Positions 1 through 8,472 of a stretch of DNA of 64,000 nt are shown piece after piece; the first letter of the stretch is position 1, and every line of letters starts with the position of its first letter. A program made the translations under genes and the position numbers. The notes beneath the pieces are model-generated. The model saw only the letters and a program-made list of their open reading frames with translations. It did no database searches and had not been told where the DNA came from. The stretch covers positions 1-64,000 of the IMG/VR virus record IMGVR_UViG_3300028557_000031. One strand, given 5' to 3'. Source of the DNA: an uncultured virus (IMG/VR IMGVR_UViG_3300028557_000031). Lineage: Duplodnaviria; Heunggongvirae; Uroviricota; Caudoviricetes.

Positions 1-91
1 TTATAAATTCGTAGTTTATCCCTTTATCTGCAAGCTCCTTAATGGTAATAAATCCATCAGGCGTGGCTATTTTAGTATCACCATGAATACA
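1..91 (-). mobile_element. Intein N-terminal splicing block (block A) in the portal gene
   Basis: In-frame CIHGDTKIATPDGFITIKEL starting at the Cys codon 91-89 matches the C-x-x-G-D-T-x-I-x-T-x-D-G-x3-I-x-E-L intein/Hint start. Confidence 0.8.
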
Positions 92-367
92 ATATTCCAT
101 AGATTCGTAATCGTAATACGAAGCCAAACGATTTGGTTCATAATATACGGCTTGAGTGTAGAGGTTATTTTCAACTTTAGCAAATTGATTTGCTAAATAA
201 AATGATTGTTTGGCTTGAAGTTTTTCCCTTTCGTATTCAGTTTTATCAGTAGTTCTGAGTAATTCCTTTTTATCTAACTTGTAAACAGGAAAATCTTGAT
301 TCATCAAGGCATTAGGACCCAAAGCCCTTGTTAACCTCTGCCAAACCGTTAAATTTCTATTTTTCAT
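1..367 (-). CDS. Portal protein (T4 gp20-like), N-terminal part, interrupted by an intein; runs off the window
   Basis: Not in the ORF track. Manual translation from ATG at 367: MKNRNLTVWQRLTRALGP...YYEPNRLASYYDYESMEY|CIHGDTKIATPDG. The R-x4-DYESMEY segment resembles portal N-termini of large T4-like phages, and the gene lies directly downstream of terL. Confidence 0.7.
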   Translation of the reverse strand, partial: MKNRNLTVWQRLTRALGPNALMNQDFPVYKLDKKELLRTTDKTEYEREKLQAKQSFYLANQFAKVENNLYTQAVYYEPNRLASYYDYESMEYCIHGDTKIATPDGFITIKELADKGINYEFI

Positions 368-409
368 TCTTACTCAAACTTAATCCCTTATGGATTATTA
401 TAAATACTT

Positions 410-2170
410 TTACCTTCCAAATAACCAACCATACTTTTGATAATCATTTCGGGTAGCCTCATAATTTTTAGAGTGATTCATCCCCGAATGATTAAATTGT
501 GGTAAAGAAGGATTAAAATATTCGGATTTTTCTTTATTTTCGGTAACAATAGTAGACCAAGAATCCAACATTGCTTTTGTATGGTTTACCACCTTAACCA
601 ATGAGGGGAATGCCGCTTCCGCAACATAAGTCGCCATTGCAATTGACATAATACAATCATCATGGTGACCTTTTTGGTGGTCAGGTCGACCATTGATATA
701 AATAAAAGTCCCCATTTCATTTACCAGCCTACTCGACCTTACTTTAAATTCATGACGGAGGGATTCTTCAAAGGAAGCGATGATTTGAACCCTTTTATTG
801 TTAAAATTGATTCCAGGTATTTTTTCTTTAACTCTTGGGTCATATTTCCATTTATTTGACATGTCAACCCCATCATAGAAAAAATTTTCATAACCCATTT
901 CTTGAAGTTTTCTTGCCGTTGCAACCCCCATACCACCAGTCAAATCTATAACACACAAGGCACTATACATAATACCCCACTTATATGCAATTTCGGCTAA
1001 TGTATCGGGTGGTAATTTTCCAACAAATTCTAATACTTGTTCTTTTTCATCAAAATCAATAATTACAAAACAAGAAAAGTCTTCAGAATCTCCCCGAGAA
1101 ACATCTATACCCATGACATATTTGTGACCATTTACAGGTTCTTTCCATATCCATAACTGTCCACCTATTAATTTGGCACTTGGTTCCTTAATATCATTTT
1201 TTTGGATATTCTGTAAAAGTTCAGAATCAAATACATTGTCACCTGAACCTAAAAAGTTACATTCTAATTCTTGTGCAACTTTTCTTCTATCATATTTTAG
1301 TTTTTTAACCATACTTTCCAACCAAGATGAGCATGGTTTATAACCGTCTTCAATATATTTGTGTAAAGTATCTAAATTTCTTTCTTTTCTATTTTCAAGT
1401 GATAAATCAATAATACTATCTAATGTGTATTCATGTTTGTTAAGAAGGTAATGAACTAAGTCTTTAGTTTTAACCATATACAAATCTTTGGTATATCTAG
1501 GGTCACGATACCAATACATTTCAGTGATTTTGAAATCATTCATACCACGAAGCGCTTGGTCATAAATTTCATAGTAAATTGCATCAAAACCATTAGGGGT
1601 TGAAATTACAACCACTTTACCTCCTGTAGAAAGAGATGCCATACAAGCCGCCCAAAAATCACTATCGGCCTCAATAAAAGCTGCTTCGTCAAAAATTAAT
1701 GTTGTGGGGGTGTAACCACGAAGTGCATCTTTTGAAGTTGCAACAGCTTTTACTTCACATCCGTTTGATAATTTAAAGTGACGAGCGGAATTTTTTTCAG
1801 GTGCAAACCCTATTCCGACCCAACTTGGCCATTGTTCGGTGAATCCACGGATTTTGTTTGCAAATTCCACCGAAGTATCTAATTTATTTGCAATTATAAG
1901 AACTTTCTCGGGTTTTTCTTTTCTTGCAAATGCTAGTCGTTTACTTGCCCAAGCGGCGGTAACTGTCGATACCCCCGCTTGACGATACTTCAGGGCAATA
2001 TTTTCATTGTACTCCTCATAATCCTCGACAAGTTGAACTTGGTCTTGAAACAATTCCAAAGGTACATAACGGGAAACCGTATTATCGTAAGTTTGTAAAT
2101 AAGTCTTCAGCGCATACGGAGTGCTTTTCATGCACTTTTTATACTCAATAATAACTTGTTCTTTTGTCAT
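410..2170 (-). CDS. terL: Terminase large subunit (T4 gp17-like)
   Basis: KYRQAGVST Walker A-like motif, LIFDEAAF Walker B, ISTPNG motif, GIDVSRG and GHHDDCIMS RNase H-like nuclease motifs. Confidence 0.93.
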   Translation of the reverse strand: MTKEQVIIEYKKCMKSTPYALKTYLQTYDNTVSRYVPLELFQDQVQLVEDYEEYNENIALKYRQAGVSTVTAAWASKRLAFARKEKPEKVLIIANKLDTSVEFANKIRGFTEQWPSWVGIGFAPEKNSARHFKLSNGCEVKAVATSKDALRGYTPTTLIFDEAAFIEADSDFWAACMASLSTGGKVVVISTPNGFDAIYYEIYDQALRGMNDFKITEMYWYRDPRYTKDLYMVKTKDLVHYLLNKHEYTLDSIIDLSLENRKERNLDTLHKYIEDGYKPCSSWLESMVKKLKYDRRKVAQELECNFLGSGDNVFDSELLQNIQKNDIKEPSAKLIGGQLWIWKEPVNGHKYVMGIDVSRGDSEDFSCFVIIDFDEKEQVLEFVGKLPPDTLAEIAYKWGIMYSALCVIDLTGGMGVATARKLQEMGYENFFYDGVDMSNKWKYDPRVKEKIPGINFNNKRVQIIASFEESLRHEFKVRSSRLVNEMGTFIYINGRPDHQKGHHDDCIMSIAMATYVAEAAFPSLVKVVNHTKAMLDSWSTIVTENKEKSEYFNPSLPQFNHSGMNHSKNYEATRNDYQKYGWLFGR

Positions 2171-2176
2171 AATTTC

Positions 2177-3466
2177 TTAGTCAGGACGGGAAATTCCCAA
2201 ACCTGATAAGAAATCTAAACCATCATCTTCGGAATCTTCGTCCGTGTCAAAACTTTCGTATTCCTCCTTATTTTGTTTTGCAATTGTAATCAACTCACGA
2301 AAAGAGTCGGTAGCCTTTGCAATTTTTTTGGTGTCTTCGGAAATTGCATTTCCAACAATTTCTAAGAATTCCTCAGCAGGGAGTTTATAAAGTTCCATTT
2401 GGAACCAATTAATCAAACCTTTGTTTTGTTCATCATAAACTTCATCAGGTAACGCAAAACGAATTTTTTCAACAATTTGCGGTCCAATTCTAAGGGACCA
2501 TGCTTCCATAGGTAAAGTATCGGTTTGACCCATAACTTTTTCACGAGTTGTGGGGTCTTCAGGTAAACCATAACGACCTTTAGCCTCTTCCAATCCTTTG
2601 ATTATTTCATGACACACAATGGGAAACAACATCCCGTAAGCTTTAATTACCGTATCGGGAGAACTATCACCATCCTCGTCTTCAAAACCATCATCTCCGG
2701 CGTCCTCAAGTTCAACCTTCCCAGCAACTCCTTGACCTGTAGCACCCATCATCTCAATCATTTGTTCCATGGTAAAGTACATAAAATCATTTAAGGACAT
2801 TATCTCCAAATATGCGGGATAAAGTCTTGGGTCTATTTCATCGAGTTTTTTTCTAATTTCAGGTTTTTGAAAAAGATAGTGACCTTTTTTTGCTGACCCT
2901 TGGATAATTGCGTTGATAATATTTCTCTTATGCTTTTCTAATTCTAAAACTTCTTCAGGGGTTACCTCATCGATGTCAAAACCTGAGTCAATCATAATCT
3001 TTTGAGCGTCCTCTTCGTTTTTTTCCTCTAACTCCTCGGCTTCGTATCTAAAGTTACTAACATCGATTGTTTCACGATTCAAATTTGCCTCAACAATAAA
3101 CCAATCAGAGGGTACTTGGGTATCTTCCAAACAAGCCTCGATTGCCAAGTTTTCCAAAGCATCCCTGTGTCTTGATTCAATTTGCATAACTTGGGGTACT
3201 TTCTGATACATTTCTGAAATTAACATCCTTCCCAACATTTGAGAATTAATTGTTTCTCTTCCTGTAACCTCTCGAACTTTGTCCACAACTTGTTTAAATC
3301 GGTTTGTAACCAATCTTTGTACATCTTCAGAACCTTTTCCCATTGCAGGATTTTTTGCGTAAGGACTCTCAGGGTCTCGGAGTTTTCTTTCGAGACTTGG
3401 GTCCATACGCTCGGGATAATCCCCGTAATCGATTTGTTCTCGAATTTTTCTATTTTTTGCCATCAC
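2177..3466 (-). CDS. Hypothetical phage protein in the terminase operon
   Basis: 429-aa ORF tightly packed and co-oriented with terL; no family recognised. Confidence 0.7.
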   Translation of the reverse strand: MMAKNRKIREQIDYGDYPERMDPSLERKLRDPESPYAKNPAMGKGSEDVQRLVTNRFKQVVDKVREVTGRETINSQMLGRMLISEMYQKVPQVMQIESRHRDALENLAIEACLEDTQVPSDWFIVEANLNRETIDVSNFRYEAEELEEKNEEDAQKIMIDSGFDIDEVTPEEVLELEKHKRNIINAIIQGSAKKGHYLFQKPEIRKKLDEIDPRLYPAYLEIMSLNDFMYFTMEQMIEMMGATGQGVAGKVELEDAGDDGFEDEDGDSSPDTVIKAYGMLFPIVCHEIIKGLEEAKGRYGLPEDPTTREKVMGQTDTLPMEAWSLRIGPQIVEKIRFALPDEVYDEQNKGLINWFQMELYKLPAEEFLEIVGNAISEDTKKIAKATDSFRELITIAKQNKEEYESFDTDEDSEDDGLDFLSGLGISRPD

Positions 3467-4343
3467 GAAGAATACTTTGAATTAGTTGTAATACATCTTT
3501 TTTAGCACCTTCCATTTCTTTATTAGAGGCCTTTGGTTTGGGATTTGGTCCTTCGAATGGTTTTTTACCAGGATGTGCAGGACGAATAGAGGGTCTCGTA
3601 CCAGGTTTGGTAGTTGGTTTAACAGGTGCAGTTTCAGTTTCTGCCTCACCCATAGATTGTAACATCCCTAAATCCCCAATAGGACGACTCATACGAACAC
3701 TCTTTCCTCTTTTAGATTTTGGTTTGTAAACCGAGCGACGAATGACACCTTGTTCGGCAATCATATTCAATATTTCTGTTTTTGTCATTTTTGGTTCTAA
3801 ATAATTTTCAACCAAAGATACAATTTCTTCTTCAATAAAAAAATCCATCGGAGATTTTCCTTCCTTTAAACTTTTTTTAACTTGTTTAACACATCTTTCA
3901 AACTTGGCGTTTTTCTTAGGACCTAATTGTGCGTGGCATATTGCCCAAGGATTGTTTTCATCTTTTTCTTCTTCTGACATATCCTCCTTTTTATCAATCT
4001 CGGTATCACCTAAATCACCCATACCATCAGGGGCTTGAACTTGGTGTGGTGCTTGAGTGGTGGCACCACCTTGAGAACTACCCATATAGTCCACATCATC
4101 TTCAGTCATCTCAGTTTCAATACGAACATTAATACCTCTTGAAGTTAAATCTTTGAGTTTCTGTGGTTCCGCTTTTTCAGGGGAAATAATAACAGCACCT
4201 TGTTCTAAGATTGCAAGTTTTTCTAAGAGCACATCGATTTGAGTTTCATTTAATTTTACAACGGTTGTTGGTGATAACCCCATTTCTACCAATTTAACAA
4301 TTTTTTCCTTAGTTTTCATATACAACTTTTTTTTCGAACTCAA
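3450..4343 (-). CDS. Hypothetical, probable virion/head-associated protein
   Basis: 297-aa ORF (start probably the second Met) with low-complexity acidic and Pro/Thr tracts. Confidence 0.6.
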   Translation of the reverse strand: MSSKKKLYMKTKEKIVKLVEMGLSPTTVVKLNETQIDVLLEKLAILEQGAVIISPEKAEPQKLKDLTSRGINVRIETEMTEDDVDYMGSSQGGATTQAPHQVQAPDGMGDLGDTEIDKKEDMSEEEKDENNPWAICHAQLGPKKNAKFERCVKQVKKSLKEGKSPMDFFIEEEIVSLVENYLEPKMTKTEILNMIAEQGVIRRSVYKPKSKRGKSVRMSRPIGDLGMLQSMGEAETETAPVKPTTKPGTRPSIRPAHPGKKPFEGPNPKPKASNKEMEGAKKDVLQLIQSILRDGKK

Positions 4344-4704
4344 GAATTAGGTCTTTTTCGTAAAGTTTATTTTTTACCGATTCTTCTTCTTCACCAAATT
4401 TAAACACCAATCGATTGTTTTCATCATACTCTTCAATTTCCCAACCTAAAGCAATAACACCGTCCATGGCATCGGACATATTGAAATAATCTGAGTTTTG
4501 AACAAGTTCCAATTTGACATCTGAGTTTCTAAGTACTCCGACTTTATTGATATGTTCTAATTTAGGTGGTGTGGGATATCCACCCGAAGGTGACGACTCC
4601 CATGAATCACCCCACACATCTAAGTTTTCAGAAAATATAAATTCGTAGAGATTGTTTCCCTTATAATCAGGACCTAGTCCATTGATATAAGTTAGATATC
4701 TCAT
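4309..4704 (-). CDS. Hypothetical phage protein
   Basis: 131-aa ORF overlapping both neighbours in the operon. Confidence 0.65.
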   Translation of the reverse strand: MRYLTYINGLGPDYKGNNLYEFIFSENLDVWGDSWESSPSGGYPTPPKLEHINKVGVLRNSDVKLELVQNSDYFNMSDAMDGVIALGWEIEEYDENNRLVFKFGEEEESVKNKLYEKDLILEFEKKVVYEN

Positions 4705-5837
4705 AAAACTATTCCTTCAACAGAGATTTTAATTTGTTTATTTTTATTTTCAAATACCAAATTCTTTTTATTTGTTCTACCAACAAATTCAAAATTTGAG
4801 TTTTCTTCTAAAAACTTCTTACTTGCCAACTCTTGTTCGATGGTCTCTGATAAAGTTTCAATTTTTGAAATAAACGAATTAACTTTTTTCTTGTTTTCAT
4901 TTTTTCTTTCCTCAAACAACTTTTTTGAAAGTTCTACTTCTGAATCCGTAACCTCAAAATACTTACTAAGGACTTTGTCGATATTGCTTTCCCTAACCGA
5001 GTTGTAGTCATAGTCTTCAGAACCCATACCTTCCATAGGTTCTTCCATAGAAACTTCATCCTCAAAATCTAAATCCATTTCAACATCAGCTTCCACATCT
5101 TCAAACTTAGACATAATGTCCTCCATGTCCTCAGGGTCTAATTTAGTCAAATCAAGAGCTGAAAGAACCATGTTAATAACATATTTAATGTCCTCAGAAG
5201 ACATTCCTTCTTGGTCTTCGAGGGCTCTCATTTTTTGAGTCAATTTACCAGTAAGTTTTTGAATTACTTTAAAAGAAACTCTTTCTTCCATATCTTCACC
5301 ACCTGTCATAGGTTCTTCAGCAGGAACATCCAAATCTAGTTCTGTGTCCATACCTAAATCAAGTTCATCGTCACCACCCATGTCGTCCATAGGTAGTTCA
5401 GGTGCGGGAAGCGCCATTGGTTCTGCGGGAACCGCAGGTGTAACAACTTCAGGTGTTGGTGGGGTTGGTGTTTTTAAAACAAATTTCTTTTGTTCACCAA
5501 ACAATTTAACTTCTTCGTTTTGTCCGTTAAGCTCATTGTTTTCTTTAATTATTAAATTTAACTTTCTAAGAGCTTGTGAGTATGAGGAGTGATACTTTCT
5601 ATTTTTCATTGGTTCCATGTAATCTAAAGTGGATTCGTTAATCCCCTTTTTGATAATGTAACCTTGTTTTTCTTTTACAATGTGGTAATCCATTCCATCC
5701 GGTAAATTAATGGAATATTCTGTTGCACCTTCTTTAATGCCTGTTGATGACGTACGGTAGGTGGCAATCTCCATAATTCTTTTTAATTTATCGGCTCCTT
5801 CGAGTTTTTCGCTACCGATTGCTTTTAATTTTGCCAT
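4701..5837 (-). CDS. Acidic hypothetical protein, possible head scaffold/core protein
   Basis: 378 aa, D/E/M/P-rich linkers, several I/L-x-E motifs. Confidence 0.55.
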   Translation of the reverse strand: MAKLKAIGSEKLEGADKLKRIMEIATYRTSSTGIKEGATEYSINLPDGMDYHIVKEKQGYIIKKGINESTLDYMEPMKNRKYHSSYSQALRKLNLIIKENNELNGQNEEVKLFGEQKKFVLKTPTPPTPEVVTPAVPAEPMALPAPELPMDDMGGDDELDLGMDTELDLDVPAEEPMTGGEDMEERVSFKVIQKLTGKLTQKMRALEDQEGMSSEDIKYVINMVLSALDLTKLDPEDMEDIMSKFEDVEADVEMDLDFEDEVSMEEPMEGMGSEDYDYNSVRESNIDKVLSKYFEVTDSEVELSKKLFEERKNENKKKVNSFISKIETLSETIEQELASKKFLEENSNFEFVGRTNKKNLVFENKNKQIKISVEGIVL

Positions 5838-5856
5838 GGTTTTTTTTAATTAATTT

Positions 5857-6666
5857 TTAGTTGTTAAGGCCGTGCATACCCCCTAGTTGTACCGCACTTA
5901 AATCGATTACAGTTCCTTGTTTCCCACCATCGGGACCAACAGGAACCCAATCGGCTGGATGTGGGTATGGAGCAGTGGTTGGTGCAGCATCTCCACAAGT
6001 TACACAAGCCTCGGCTTCATACTGAACATTTACATCAAATACACCAAAAGGTGTTGGTGTAGGTGTTGGAGTTGAAGTTGTCGTTGCCGTAGGACTAGCG
6101 GTAATACTTGGAGTTGGTGTTCTTGTGAGGGTCGCTGTTGGGGTGTTGGTAACTGTTGCGGTATTAGTGGGGGTAATTGTTTGTGTTGCGGTAATACTTG
6201 GTGTTGGTGTCTTGGTAGAACTTGGTGTTTGAGTGACAGTTGAGCTTGGTGTTTGTGTTTGAGTATTTGTTGGAGTGGTGGTTGGTGTACTAGTATTTGT
6301 GGGCGTTGCAGTGGCGGATGAAGTTATACTTGGTGTTGGTGTACGAGAAGCTGTTATACTTGGTGTTGGAGTCACCGTGTTCGTAGGGGTGTTTGTTGGT
6401 GTTCGTGTGGGTGTTGATGTTGGTGATTCCGTTGGTGTTGGTGTTAAGTCTCCCAAACAATCAACACAATTTTCCCATGGACCATTGAATACTGTTACAA
6501 TTTGTGCAAGTGGAGTTTCATCAAAAGTAGTAAGGGTCCAACAACCAATGTTTGTTGCCCCTGCTAATAATTCATAAATTCTACCCGAAACAATTGTAGC
6601 TTCAGTAGCTAAATATCTGAAGGGTTGCCCCGTACAAGAAATTCCAATAAAATAATTCAACGCCAT
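5857..6666 (-). CDS. Thr/Pro-repeat (mucin-like) probable virion protein
   Basis: Long (T-P-T/S) repeat tract between a Cys-containing N-terminal domain and a short C-terminal domain; TATTTAT upstream. Confidence 0.7.
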   Translation of the reverse strand: MALNYFIGISCTGQPFRYLATEATIVSGRIYELLAGATNIGCWTLTTFDETPLAQIVTVFNGPWENCVDCLGDLTPTPTESPTSTPTRTPTNTPTNTVTPTPSITASRTPTPSITSSATATPTNTSTPTTTPTNTQTQTPSSTVTQTPSSTKTPTPSITATQTITPTNTATVTNTPTATLTRTPTPSITASPTATTTSTPTPTPTPFGVFDVNVQYEAEACVTCGDAAPTTAPYPHPADWVPVGPDGGKQGTVIDLSAVQLGGMHGLNN

Positions 6667-6730
6667 GGACTTTTTTCTATAAATATTGTCAGTTAATAAT
6701 AACTTTAATAAATAAATATCTAAAATGGTA

Positions 6731-7483
6731 TTAATCTACCAATTTTACTTCAACTGATAATTCTTTGTCTGTTTGACGACTAACAGTATTATAGAGTTTT
6801 TCCAACAATCCTGACCTACGAAGGTACTTAAACACCAAATTTTCATAGGAATATTCCCCCTCTTTTTCGAGTCCCGACTTACGATAATCTTTTAATTTTT
6901 TTTTCAGTTTCTCAACTTTTTCTTCGTTGGCTTTGAGTCCTTCTTTTTTGATGTTGGTAATAAGATTTTCTATTTTGTCTTTCCAACCATCGATTTTGGT
7001 CGTTAGAACACCTCTTTCGAGTTGTGGTTTTTCTTTTGAGGGTTTAGAAATCCACTCATCATTTAACACCGAATATACTCCCGAGGCAAAATGCATCTCC
7101 TGAGAATCTTGTGGGTATAGTTCAACTTCGTAACCAAAAATTTTAATATCGTGTTTGTCGTTAAATATCTGTTTTTTAAGACCAAATAAATCTCTGTAAA
7201 GTTGAGATTGTTTTCCGAATTGTTTGTAATCGATAATAAGATGTAGGTCAAAGTCTGAATATTCTGACCAGTTGTAGTTTGATAGACTACCTGTTAGGAC
7301 TACATCTTCAACTTCCAAGTCATCTATTAATGTATCGCCAAATGCTTCGGCAATTTTCATAAGAGCGTCTCTTACTTTTGGTTTAATCACCGCTTCTGAG
7401 GCATCGTCATAGTTTTCCCATACCTTTGGGTTAAGGGTGTCTCTAACTGTGAAGCTCTGAAGTATGGTTGATAGTTGGGCCAT
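6731..7483 (-). CDS. Pol-beta-superfamily nucleotidyltransferase-like protein
   Basis: [19 protein letters not shown] is a GS...DxD nucleotidyltransferase signature; third acidic residue candidate in YEVELY. Confidence 0.7.
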   Translation of the reverse strand: MAQLSTILQSFTVRDTLNPKVWENYDDASEAVIKPKVRDALMKIAEAFGDTLIDDLEVEDVVLTGSLSNYNWSEYSDFDLHLIIDYKQFGKQSQLYRDLFGLKKQIFNDKHDIKIFGYEVELYPQDSQEMHFASGVYSVLNDEWISKPSKEKPQLERGVLTTKIDGWKDKIENLITNIKKEGLKANEEKVEKLKKKLKDYRKSGLEKEGEYSYENLVFKYLRRSGLLEKLYNTVSRQTDKELSVEVKLVD

Positions 7484-7503
7484 CTGAGATAAATACCTCC
7501 TTG

Positions 7504-7746
7504 TTAGAGTTTGGTGTATTTAAATTTTTTGGCAATATCACTTGAAAAGTATTTCCCTTGAGATTCTGCCATTCTAAACTTTGTGTAGGTTTGATGTGGA
7601 ACTTCATTATATTGGTATTTTGTTCCATTTTTAAATTCTACGACCATTTCTTTTGACTCCGTATCATAGACACTTTTAATGATTGTTGTTGAATCAATCT
7701 CATTGATGATTTTTGTTCCGTCTATAGTTTCTTTTTTTACTCCCAT
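7504..7746 (-). CDS. KTSC-domain protein
   Basis: S-x-x-I-x-x-V-x-Y-D...VEFKNG..YQY..VP...F..AES.GKYF pattern. Confidence 0.85.
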   Translation of the reverse strand: MGVKKETIDGTKIINEIDSTTIIKSVYDTESKEMVVEFKNGTKYQYNEVPHQTYTKFRMAESQGKYFSSDIAKKFKYTKL

Positions 7747-7848
7747 TGTAAAGATGTTTTTATAAGTTAATTTACTAGTGTATTGTTAATTGATAAATAC
7801 AAAAAACCCCCAACTTACGCGGAGGGTCAAAAACAGGGTCTTTGATTA

Positions 7849-8274
7849 TTAGGAAAGTTTCTTTATTTCATCTCTTAATTGAATTGCTTTTTCATAGTCT
7901 TGTTGGTCAACTGCTTTTGTCAGTTGTAAGTTAAGGTCTTCAAGTTTAACTTTATTGTCTTCCAAGTTTTTAATCTTGTCACGAAGCTCCACCGCTTTTT
8001 CAAACTCTTGAAGGTTCACCGCATTTTGGAGTTCTTTTCTAAGACGCTCCAAGGTATTTTGTTCTTCGGGTTGTGGAGTGTTCCCGTAGGTTGACCTAAA
8101 AATCGTGGTGAATTGAATCATACCATCTTCAGAGGTAAAGGTTTCTTTTGACCAATCACCATTCTCATCCTTACCATTCTCTTTTTGCGTTTTACCTTTA
8201 AAGATAAATGGGTCTTGGTTTAACAGTGAGTTAAAAAGGTTGTCAAATTCATTAAATAATTTTCTTCTAAACAT
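7849..8274 (-). CDS. Tandem UvrB/UvrC-motif (UVR) protein, candidate Clp adaptor
   Basis: Two UVR repeats: LQNAVNLQEFEKAVELRDKI and LTKAVDQQDYEKAIQLRDEI; divergent from the Clp ATPase. Confidence 0.8.
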   Translation of the reverse strand: MFRRKLFNEFDNLFNSLLNQDPFIFKGKTQKENGKDENGDWSKETFTSEDGMIQFTTIFRSTYGNTPQPEEQNTLERLRKELQNAVNLQEFEKAVELRDKIKNLEDNKVKLEDLNLQLTKAVDQQDYEKAIQLRDEIKKLS

Positions 8275-8339
8275 TTTTTGTATTTTTTAATTTTTTTATT
8301 TGAACCTGATAAGTCAATCCCCGTACCAAATCAAAATAA

Positions 8340-8415
8340 CTGACAAAATGTCTGAATTAGTTTTATTTAGAAATATTTTTATGACATCTTGTCAATTACT
8401 AACAAAATTCTGACA
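8340..8415. promoter_or_regulatory. Repeated TGACA-N3-TGTC(A) operator-like palindromes
   Basis: CTGACAAAATGTCTG (8340-8354), TGACATCTTGTCA (8382-8394) and a half-site CTGACA (8410-8415) in the divergent intergenic region. Confidence 0.5.
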
Positions 8416-8472
8416 GGGGTTTGGAATTGTCCTTTTTTTGATTAACCTTTGTACAAATCAATTCTATAAATT

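Noticed and set aside
6050..6445. Repetitive DNA as a possible CRISPR array
   Set aside because: Degenerate codon repeats of a T-P tract; no constant repeat with unique spacers and no cas genes in the window.
6275..6577. Val/Gly-rich ORFs (also 20539-20751)
   Set aside because: Antisense shadows of the Thr/Pro repeat genes.
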